From assembly GCA_045863855.1 (NCBI GenBank), contig BTVV01000101.1:1-23336 (forward strand): DNA of 23,336 bases, in the 5' to 3' direction. The notes under the pieces are model-generated. The model had not been told where the DNA came from. It searched no databases and saw only the letters and a list, made by a program, of their open reading frames with translations. The translations under genes and the position numbers were made by a program. Source of the stretch: Planctomycetota bacterium. Lineage in GTDB: Bacteria; Planctomycetota; SZUA-567; H5-PLA8. Each line of letters starts with the position of its first letter. Within the stretch, counting starts at the first letter, position 1. Positions 9,589 to 17,889 of the stretch are shown piece after piece.

Positions 9589-12066
9589 CTACTTCACTTT
9601 GCCGGCCAGTTCGGCGGCCAATTCGTCCAGCGCCGTGACGTGAGGCGACGCGCCGTACACGGGGCTCCCGCCTTGCGGGTCGAGCGCGAAGCGCTTGATC
9701 CAGTCGCCGTCAGCGGTCCAGCGTTCGTAGAGGTCGAAACTTTCTAAATGATGCAGCCGCACGATATCGGCCCAGCGCTGCCGGTACGGTTCGGCTTGGG
9801 CGGTGCGCCCAGGCTCGGGCATGACACCCAGCATCAGGATGCGCTCCGCACCCGCGCGCCGCAGGCGGTCCACCAGCACGTCGAGCCCGCGTTCGAAATC
9901 GTGCAACGCCGTTTGCCGAGCCGCGTCGCCGCCGCCGATGGAAACCACCACGAGCGCGCTGGCCTTGCCTCCGTTCGCGCGCAGCCAGGACTCGGCTCCG
10001 GCCAGCAGTCGGTACACGAACAAGCCGCGGTGCGGGCCCGGGAGCAGGTGGAACTGCCAGGTCCGGTCGGGCGACGCTTTGGCCAGCCGTGAAGCCAGCC
10101 CCAGGCTCGCGTCGGCTTTGGTTTCGGCGGGAGCTTCAACGAGCGGATCGCCTAGAAACAGCGCCACGCCATCGCTTGCACCGGGCCGGCCGCTAATCAG
10201 GGGAGGACGGAAGCGCCGGTAATCGGCTTCGCGCTCGCGCGGCACCAATACGAGCACGCGTTCGGCCGGCATGTTGGTTTGGCCGGCCGGAATGGCCAGA
10301 CCGTCGAGCGTCGAAACGAGGTTGGCCGGCCAAGTTTGGCGGCTGTGCAGCAGTCTCAGGTTGACGCTTTCGACCGGCATCCCGCCCACCGACAAGCGTG
10401 CTTCCAGGCGCGTCAAGCCGTCCTGTGCGGCCGCTTCCAGGCGTTCGGCGGGAAGCGGCACACGAACCTTGCGTCGCCCCGCGCCCAAAGGCGTCGCTTC
10501 CGCTTCGCTCAGCACTTCTGCATGCCCGGCTGCATCGACCAACCGCCAAGTCACGCGATATTGTCCGTACGGGCGCGGCGAAGGCAATGGCGGGCCTTCT
10601 TCCACGCGCTCTTTGTCTAGGATCACCGGGACGGGTTCGAGTTGCGTCTCCAGATGAAGCTGTCCGGTCTCGTCGGGATGCAAAAAAGCCGGCGCGGCTT
10701 TCAGGCTCAGGGCGCCGGTCAGGTCGATCACGTTGCGACCGCCGTTGTGGGCAAGCGGGAATCGAACCGTGCGCGCGCCGTCTGGAATAGTGGCGCCGTC
10801 CGCGGCGCGCAGTTCGAAACGTGCCTCGCTTCCGGCCGGAAGCCATACGCAGCCGCCCGCGAGCGGCCATTCGGCCGGCTCCGTGCCCGCGGCCGAGACG
10901 GCCACTCGTGTCGCGCCGGCTCCTATGCCTCGGGCGTGATAGAGCATCCATTCCTGTTCCAGCTTCGGTCCGCGGTGTCTCCCGCCCCGGAACTGTGCCA
11001 TGCGCTCAATATGAACGAATGGCAGCGCATGCCCGGCGACGTTCTCGACGCGCCCCACCACGGCCGGCAGGCCGCGCGGAAACGCTTGCGGCGGGACGAC
11101 CCCGAAATCTTTTTCGAACGGGGGACGCTAGCACAGGCGAATGCCGGGCTCCGCGCCGGCTTGGATGTGATAAACCACGACGCGGTGCACGCCCGCGCGT
11201 AATTCGAGTTCCCCGCGCACCGTGAAGGGTTCGCGCCGCGCGTCGGGCTGTCCCGCGAGGCATACTTCGTAGCCGTCGATCACCAGCATGCCCGTGCCGG
11301 GTGTCTCGAGCGCGAAGCCGTACGTTCCATCCACCGGCGCGCGCAGGAAACCTTCGAACAGCGCAGCGTAGCGCGGACCGGAGCGCTTCAGGTGCTCTTT
11401 GGGCGGTTCGATATCGTCGACGGTCAGGCATGCCGCCGGTTCTCCGCGTCCGCCTTGCTCGCCCAGCTCTTTAAAGGAAGCGGCGGTCAGCGGTGCGTCG
11501 GGTTTGGGCAGGGATTCGCCGCCCACGGTGCGCACCAGCCGCCGCACCATCAGTGCATGCGTGCGAAAGGTGGTGGGACTGGCGCGCGGGGCCTGTCCTT
11601 CTGGCGCGCCGGAGTAGATGGCGTAGCGGCGCTGCCCCGAGCGCGTGGGAAAAGCCAGCTCGACTTCGCTCCCGCCTTTCACCTGCCGTGCCAGCACGGG
11701 CTGCACTTCGCCCTTTTCGTCCAACACCAGGACCGTCTCGACGCGCGCGCTCGGTTCGTCCTCGCCGTCTTCGGCCGCGGCCTGAATCTCGAAGGTCCGC
11801 AACGGGAGGTACACCGTGGCCACGTGGGGCGTATTCTGGAGGTTGATCGTTCCGGCAAGCGGCGGGCCGTCGACGCGCACGAAATAGCGCAACGTATAGG
11901 CGGCCTCGGCCCACGGCTTGAGCGCTTCGGGAACTTCGAACCCTTCTTCTGTGGGCTCATCGGCCGGGGGATCGGGTGGAGGAGTGCCTTGAGCGTGGAC
12001 CGCGCCCTGAACGAGGATCGCAGCCGCGAACACTACGGATGCAAGAATAATACGCTTGAGGGGCAC
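9589..12066 (-). pseudogene. Secreted PA14-domain + degenerate SGNH-like protein, interrupted by an in-frame TAG at 11128-11130 (pseudogene, sequencing error or readthrough)
   Basis: ORFs 11128-12066 and 9589-11061 share a frame, with only one TAG between them. The PA14-like strands 'FEGFLRAPVDGTYGF...LRAGVHRVVVYH...GIRLC*RPP...VVP' run across the stop. Signal peptide AHA-type (VHA|Q). The C-terminus 'LFLGDPL...SIGGGD' is SGNH-like. Confidence 0.75.
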
Positions 12067-12102
12067 CGGCCGTCTCCGCCGCCGAATCGTTCGTGTCTCG
12101 TG

Positions 12103-14073
12103 CTACGGGCTGGGCTTGAAAAAGACGCCCTCACCCGTGTTCCCCGGAGGAGCGGGGGGCGGACCCGGCGGCCGAGGCGGCGCCGCGCCCGAGTGATCCA
12201 GACCGTGAATCGTCTTCTCCCAGTACCACGGATTCCAGCACAGTTGCCACGCGCCTTTTACCGCTCCCACCGAGATCAGCACCCAATAGAACGGCATCAG
12301 CAGCGCCATCGGCGCCAGGTCCCACAGCCCGCGTTTATGGCACGAGTACAACCCCAACAGCACGAACGCAAAATTGGCGAGGAAAAGCCCGATCACCACC
12401 GGATAAAGAATCTGCGACCAGAAGCTCCACTCGTCGATCGCGCCGAATATCTCGGTCGCTTCCTGGGTCGAGAGCTTTCCCTGCACCAGCCACTGCCACG
12501 AGGTATTCCAGATTGTGTAGCCTTCGTAACGGTCTTCCGTCACGTTCTCGAAGTACAGGCGCCAATCGCTCAGCACCTCCCGTGGCGGCTTGCGGTCCAG
12601 GAATTCGAAGCGGTATGCATCGGTAAACGCGGGCAACGTATCGGCGATAGGCTTGCGCAGCAGGTACACGCCGCTCATCAGCCAAAAGACCACGTTCAGG
12701 ATCAGCATCGCGGAGAGTCCGCCGACGGTGAGTCGAAACGTGAGTGCGCCGTAGGCGTTCAGGCATCCTTCGCGGTAAGTCTTGCGTTTCGCGTAACGCT
12801 CGAGGACCGCCCAGAGCCCCAAGCCCGCGGCGACGGCGGCCAGCAGCCCGCACGCGCCCTGCGCGAGCGTGCTCCACTCGAGCTGCTTGGCGTAGTAAGG
12901 GCTGGCCGGGTCGAGCCCGCTGCCTATCTTGCGGGCCAGATACACGAAGCACGCCGCCAGCACGAAGAACGGCCAAAGGCTGTCGCGTGTGTGGACCAGG
13001 TGGGTCTGGAAGTAGCCCTTGATCCAACGGCTGCGCTGGCGCACCCAATTGCCGACATGGCTGTTGGCTTCCTCCCACGTGGTGCTGTCCAGCACCTCGG
13101 TGCGGTAGCCCTGCCGCGCCATGCGAATGCCCAGATCGCAGTCTTCGGTCACGTTGAACGGATCCCAACCGCCCAGCTTTTTCAGAGTCTCGGTGTGGAA
13201 GTGATTGCTCGTGCCGCCCAGCGGAATGGGAATGCGGAATGCGTGCAGCCCCGGCAGAAAGAGGTCGAACCACGTCGTATATTCGAGTGTGAAAAACCGC
13301 GTAAGCATGTTCTGCCGCGCGTTAAAGTAATTGAGTTTGGCTTGCAGGCAGACGACTTGCGCTTTGCCCTGCGCCTTGAGTTTGTTAAACGCCGCGATGC
13401 TCTTCTTGAGCTGGTCGCCTTCCGGGCGATCTTCGGCGTCGAAGATCACCAGGTATTCGCCCTTGGCCCGGTCGAGCCCCCAATTGCAGGCGCGCGGTTT
13501 GGTCCGCGGTTGTCCTTTCGGGACTTTGGGGCATACGATCACCTCTACGCAAGGCGGTAGTTCGCCCAGCACCTCCTCGACCTTTTTGCGCGTTTCCGGA
13601 TCGTCCTCTTCGAGCAGCAGTTTCACGTCCAGTTTTTCGATCGGATAGTCCAGCGTCGTGACGGTTCGCGCGATCTTCTGAGCGACCTCGGGCTCTTTGT
13701 ACATCGGCACCAGAATGGTGTAGACGGGGAGAGCATCGTCCTTTAAGGCCGCGATTTCGTCCGGTCCGAGGCGGTGTTCGTCGGGGAAGCCGATCCAGCC
13801 CTTGAAGAGCGCCAGCTTTACGCTCAGCAATCGAAAGACGATGATCAAGCCGTAAAACGCGCAGAGCACGAAAGTGAGTACCGTGTAGCAGACCTTGTAA
13901 TCCCACAGGAAGAAAATCAGGATCGCGGCGGCCGAGAGGAAATAGAACGCCAGTTGGCGCACGGTGAGCGGTACGAAGAGCGGTCCGATGCGGTAGCACT
14001 GCGCCGCGCAGACATCGTCATGCTCGCGCATGAACTGCTGCGTGTACTTATCGGAGAAATCCTCGGGTCGGAT
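12103..14073 (-). CDS. Multi-TM processive glycosyltransferase family 2 (cellulose synthase-like, CESA_like subgroup)
   Basis: 'LPVYTILVPMYKE', 'PRTKPRACN', DxD 'FDAED', 'NVTED' and 'QRSRW' motifs, with N- and C-terminal TM helices. The start is uncertain: ATC 14073 (SD-led), ATG 14031 or the track start at 14148. Confidence 0.9.
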   Translation of the reverse strand: MRPEDFSDKYTQQFMREHDDVCAAQCYRIGPLFVPLTVRQLAFYFLSAAAILIFFLWDYKVCYTVLTFVLCAFYGLIIVFRLLSVKLALFKGWIGFPDEHRLGPDEIAALKDDALPVYTILVPMYKEPEVAQKIARTVTTLDYPIEKLDVKLLLEEDDPETRKKVEEVLGELPPCVEVIVCPKVPKGQPRTKPRACNWGLDRAKGEYLVIFDAEDRPEGDQLKKSIAAFNKLKAQGKAQVVCLQAKLNYFNARQNMLTRFFTLEYTTWFDLFLPGLHAFRIPIPLGGTSNHFHTETLKKLGGWDPFNVTEDCDLGIRMARQGYRTEVLDSTTWEEANSHVGNWVRQRSRWIKGYFQTHLVHTRDSLWPFFVLAACFVYLARKIGSGLDPASPYYAKQLEWSTLAQGACGLLAAVAAGLGLWAVLERYAKRKTYREGCLNAYGALTFRLTVGGLSAMLILNVVFWLMSGVYLLRKPIADTLPAFTDAYRFEFLDRKPPREVLSDWRLYFENVTEDRYEGYTIWNTSWQWLVQGKLSTQEATEIFGAIDEWSFWSQILYPVVIGLFLANFAFVLLGLYSCHKRGLWDLAPMALLMPFYWVLISVGAVKGAWQLCWNPWYWEKTIHGLDHSGAAPPRPPGPPPAPPGNTGEGVFFKPSP

Positions 14074-14246
14074 GGCCGGGCCTCCCGATGTGCAGACGAC
14101 TCGATTGGTAAGCAGGCACCAAGTGCCTACTACAAGGATACCCATCAAACCTTTCGTGTCGAATAAAGGTCAACAGGAGTATTCACAAGCACGACGCGCA
14201 TGGGTTGTTTGTTCGGTACGAGAAAGAGTAATTTACCACTGCGTAG

Positions 14247-14370
14247 ACAGCCGAGTCCGCTGCGTCGCACGCGGAACGGGGGAACCGAGTCGTAGGGGTG
14301 AATCCCAGCGCCGTTGGGCTGGAAAGGGCACCTGGAAGCCCTAACCCGTCAGCTAACCTCGTAGGCTTTT
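14247..14370 (+). ncRNA. c-di-AMP riboswitch (ydaO/yuaA leader)
   Basis: Conserved blocks appear in the correct order: AGCCGAGTCC - hairpin - GGAACGGGGGAACC - GGGGTGAATC - hairpin - AGGGC..GCCCT - AACCCGTCAGCTAACCTCGTAGGCT. It lies upstream of a K+ transporter gene, the classic context. Confidence 0.93.
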
Positions 14371-14558
14371 CTGGGGCGCGACCCACCAGGCCCGCCCGAC
14401 CGATCGATCGCGAAGGCGACTTCCGCCAGCCCAATCTTTCGTTCCGTCCACCCGCATTCGCGGCGCGGCGGCATGACTGTACGCGCCGATTTTCCGGCGG
14501 GTGCGGCTGGCGAACTCTTTAATTGAAGCGTCTACGCGCATCTGGGAACGCGTTCCTT

Positions 14559-15893
14559 ATGCGCAACGTTGTGCGTGCTTTGTTGGATTTCGTCTTTTCC
14601 TGGCGTCCGTCCACCTTGGTCTTGACCGGGTACGTCTCGTACGTGCTCTTGGGCTGGATCGCGCTGTGCCTACCTTGGGCGGCGGAAGCAGTCGGACCCA
14701 CGCCGCTCGACCACCTCTTTACCGCGATCTCCGCCGTCTCCACCACGGGGCTAGCGACGTACGACCCCGGCACGCACTACTCGTTCTTCGGCGAGTTGGT
14801 GATCCTGCTCCTGATCCAACTGGGCGGAGTGGGATACATGACCGTCGGTTCGTTCGTCGTGCTGGCGCGCCAACAGCCGTTCTCGCCTTTGCGCCAGAGT
14901 ATCACGCTTCAAACCTTCTCGCTGCCCAACGGGTACCACGTGGAGAGCTTCGTATTTCACGTGGTAATCTTCACGCTCCTGGTCGAAGCAGCGGGCGCCG
15001 CGGCGCTCTACGCGCTTTTTGCCAGAGCGGGATTGGAAGATCCGCTCTGGCCGGCGATCTTCCACAGCGTCTCGGCGTTCTGCACCGCCGGCTTCAGCCT
15101 GTTCCCTAACAACCTAGAAGACTTTCGCGCCGACTTTTGGGTCAACGCGGTTATCGCTGCCTTGAGCTACCTCGGCGCCGTGGGCTTCATCGTGATGCTC
15201 GACCTCTGGCGCGTCGCCACGCGCAAGGCCGAGGCAATCACCTTCACCAGCCGGATCATCCTCCATGTCACCGCGGGCTTAAGCCTCTTCGGCACGCTTC
15301 TGTTTTTCCTGATCGAACCCGGCGTGCAGAGCCTCACTCCCGACGAGCGCCTGCTTGCCTCCTTCTTCCAGGTCATGGCCGCCCTGACCACCGTGGGCTT
15401 CAACACGATTCCTATCGGTAAGCTGGCCATCGCCGCGCTGTACCTATTGGTCCTCCTGATGCTCTGCGGCGCATCGCCATCGGGAACGGGCGGCGGTTTG
15501 AAAAGCACGACGCTCAGCGCGCTTTTTGGGCTCGTAAAAGGCGTCGCGCGCGGGCAAGAGCGTGCCAGCTTTTTTGGCCGTCCGATTCCTGACGATCGCG
15601 TGCGCATGGCCGCCACCAATTTCGTGCTCTACCTGACCCTCTTCGGTTCGGGTCTCTTTCTGCTCTGCTTGGTCGAGAAAGCGGACTTTCTCGCGCTGGC
15701 CTTCGAGGCCGCTTCCGCGATCGGCACCGTGGGCCTCAGCGCCGGCATTACCGGCGCGCTGAGCCCCTTGGGCAAGCTGATCGTCTGCGGGCTGATGTTC
15801 GCGGGGCGCGCCGGACCGCAAGCGCTCGCCGCGGCGCTCTTCCTGCCGCGCCGGATCATGCGCGCGGACGCCAACTCGGACGTAGCAGTCTGA
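14559..15893 (+). CDS. ktrB: Trk/Ktr family potassium uptake membrane subunit (KtrB/TrkH)
   Basis: Four pore-loop motifs 'STTGL', 'CTAGF', 'TTVGF', 'GTVGL'; 'QLGGVG', 'GASPSGTGGGLK', 'MFAGRAG'; highly hydrophobic. Confidence 0.92.
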   Translation: MRNVVRALLDFVFSWRPSTLVLTGYVSYVLLGWIALCLPWAAEAVGPTPLDHLFTAISAVSTTGLATYDPGTHYSFFGELVILLLIQLGGVGYMTVGSFVVLARQQPFSPLRQSITLQTFSLPNGYHVESFVFHVVIFTLLVEAAGAAALYALFARAGLEDPLWPAIFHSVSAFCTAGFSLFPNNLEDFRADFWVNAVIAALSYLGAVGFIVMLDLWRVATRKAEAITFTSRIILHVTAGLSLFGTLLFFLIEPGVQSLTPDERLLASFFQVMAALTTVGFNTIPIGKLAIAALYLLVLLMLCGASPSGTGGGLKSTTLSALFGLVKGVARGQERASFFGRPIPDDRVRMAATNFVLYLTLFGSGLFLLCLVEKADFLALAFEAASAIGTVGLSAGITGALSPLGKLIVCGLMFAGRAGPQALAAALFLPRRIMRADANSDVAV

Positions 15894-15915
15894 AGCGGAA
15901 TGGAGAGGAGTTTCC

Positions 15916-16645
15916 ATGAAACTCGGATTTCAAACCAAACTCTGGCTGGGCTACGGGGGCTTGATTGCCTTGGTGCTGGCCGCCGGCGCCATCGGACTCT
16001 CCGTGGTCAAGTCCGGTCGGGGAGCCGTGGAAGCGATACTGCACGAGAACGGAGACTCCGTCGACGCGTGCCAGAAGCTGATCGCCTCCTCCGAGCATCT
16101 GCTCGTGGAGGCGCTTACCCGTCCCGAAGGGGCGGCCGCGGTGCTCGACGCAAGCGAAACGGCCGTCTGCGAGCAAGCGCTGCGCTTCCAGCTATCCAAC
16201 ATCACGCTCGAAGGCGAAGCCGAGCGGACCCGGCATCTGGCTGGAGCCTGGTCTTGTTGATCGCCGCGCTGGCCTTCGGGATCTGATTCATGATCCTGAC
16301 CGGCGATGCGGTCTTGAAGCCCGTCCGCGCGCTTACTCGGCTGGTCGAACAAGTGGCGCAAGGCAACCTGGACGTACCCGCCGCATCGGCCGGCCCCGAC
16401 GAGATCGGCCGGCTGGCGGCGACGTTCAACGGGCTTGTGGCCTCGCTGCGGCAATTCCGCAAACTCGGTTGGGCGGGGGTGAGCTGGGTGCATCGCGCGC
16501 TGAGCGATACGCTCGATCTGCTGCCCGAGCCGGTCGCGATTGTGGATCAGGCGGAAAGGCGCATCGCTTTCGCCCGGTTCTGCATGCCGTGCGCGACCAC
16601 GAAACGCGGCTGGAAGGACTCGTACTGGTGCTCGAACGAGGCTAA
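15916..16645 (+). pseudogene. Fragmented TM-sensor-HAMP-PAS histidine kinase remnant
   Basis: SD GAGGAG plus ATG. Frame A gives TM1 and a periplasmic start ('ILHENGDSV', 'NITLEGE'). Frame B gives TM2 with an internal TGA (16284-16286), HAMP ('LKPVRALT...VAQGNLD...DEIGRLAATFN') and a PAS start ('LDLLPEPVAIVD'). Frame C gives the PAS end ('VRDHETRLEGLVLVLE') to TAA 16643-16645. No kinase domain is present. Confidence 0.8.
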
Positions 16646-17889
16646 GTTCGCGGGTGATATTCGAACAGCTTCAGCGTCTCGAAGCTGTTGTTGATTTCGG
16701 CGAGGAAGCTCGCGAGTTCCTTGGTCACGAGCGGCTGGCCCGTCACCATCGCTTCGCCCATGAAGACCTGCCGGTCGCCCAGCCGCGCGCCCGTGTAGAA
16801 GCGGTGAATCCCGCGGCGCAGGCGCAAGTCGTACATATGCAGGTCCAGTTTCAAGGGCGTCTGCGCCTGCGTGGCCGGGCCGCCTTGCACGAACAGGCGC
16901 GGGTCAAAGACCGTGTGCTGCCGCGCGTAAAGCTGCTGCGTGAGCCCGCTCAGTTCCTCGATCCGCGCTTCGCGCGCGCCCGGTTCGAGCTGCCGGTACT
17001 TGACCTCTTTGTCGACGTAGCGCGCGATGGCTTGGCGGCGTTCGGCTTCGTCGCCGCGCCCTTCGTGATACGCCTTCACTTCCGCTTGGTAGCCTTCGTG
17101 CAGCGCCATGTGGTAGATGATCTCGGTCAGCACGCGCGGAATCTTCGCCTGCCACGCCAGCGGACCGATGCGCCGGTCGAAGCCCACGATCCGCGCGTAT
17201 CGGCGCCGGTCTTCTTCGCTGATCGAAGCCGGATGCGAGATGCCCGGAAAACCTGGCTTCTGGTCGCGCAGCTTCTCCAGCCGTTCGAACTCCGGAGCGA
17301 CGATCTTTTCGTACACGCGTTCGGGGTTGGTGCCGGCCGGATAGACCAAGGCCTCAAGCTTTAACAGCTTGACTTGTTCGCCTTCCAAGGCCGGGCCGTG
17401 GGCCTCGAGCAGCAGATGCCGCGCCTGGCCCAATTCCGGATCGAGCGGGCTCTCGCCGCGCAACTCGAACGCTTCGATCTTCACCTCGACCTTTCCCGTC
17501 GTCGGCACCAGCAGCGGATAAGTAAAAGTAGTGGTGACCGAGACGGTCAATTCTTCCGGACCGACAAAGCGTTCGTAGCAGAGCGCCGAGAGCACGATGC
17601 CGGGCATCACGACGATCTCGGGGTACTGCAGCAGTTTGGCGCCCAGACGGTACGCGCGTTCTTCGGGGCCGGCCTGTGCCAGTTCGGCGTTGTCGCCCAC
17701 CAGCGCCGCGCTGCTGGCGAGGCCCAGCATCCATTGCACCGCGTGGTCAGGCTTGTGGTGCACCGGATTCGCGTCGTGGTTGAACAGCAGGCTGGTGATG
17801 ACTTGATCGCCGAACGAAAGCGGCACCGAAACGGCGCCGAGCGGGACGCGCTGAATGCGGGCGGTGCCTTTTTTGAGCGTTTCGGTCAC
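16642..17889 (-). CDS. Divergent double-hotdog MaoC/(R)-enoyl-CoA hydratase-like protein
   Basis: 'HDANPVHH' matches the D-x-N-P-x-H hydratase motif, followed by 'VMPG' and 'FTYPL'. A second hotdog-like half reads 'ISEEDRRRYARIVG...LYARQHTVF...VFMGEAMV'. Probable GTG start at 17889 with GAGGA upstream. Confidence 0.6.
   Translation of the reverse strand: MTETLKKGTARIQRVPLGAVSVPLSFGDQVITSLLFNHDANPVHHKPDHAVQWMLGLASSAALVGDNAELAQAGPEERAYRLGAKLLQYPEIVVMPGIVLSALCYERFVGPEELTVSVTTTFTYPLLVPTTGKVEVKIEAFELRGESPLDPELGQARHLLLEAHGPALEGEQVKLLKLEALVYPAGTNPERVYEKIVAPEFERLEKLRDQKPGFPGISHPASISEEDRRRYARIVGFDRRIGPLAWQAKIPRVLTEIIYHMALHEGYQAEVKAYHEGRGDEAERRQAIARYVDKEVKYRQLEPGAREARIEELSGLTQQLYARQHTVFDPRLFVQGGPATQAQTPLKLDLHMYDLRLRRGIHRFYTGARLGDRQVFMGEAMVTGQPLVTKELASFLAEINNSFETLKLFEYHPRT

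Noticed and set aside
11128..11130. Genome-wide amber recoding or pyrrolysine as the explanation for the internal TAG
   Set aside because: TAG terminates many ordinary genes in this window (e.g. at 567, 3989, 5183, 6220, 9589, 12103, 16642, 19655). No pyl genes are visible, and the position corresponds to a conserved Trp one substitution away.
11392..13560. 722-aa plus-strand ORF
   Set aside because: It is an antisense shadow of the GT2 and PA14 genes, with no recognisable motifs. Long antisense ORFs are expected in high-GC DNA.
14085..14160. Resemblance of the GT2 leader to a c-di-GMP-II riboswitch (GGCACTT...GAG...TGCA)
   Set aside because: The pseudoknot partner GTGC and the terminal AACCG block are not in the required positions, and a simpler local hairpin explains the sequence. 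It is kept only as an unassigned structured leader.
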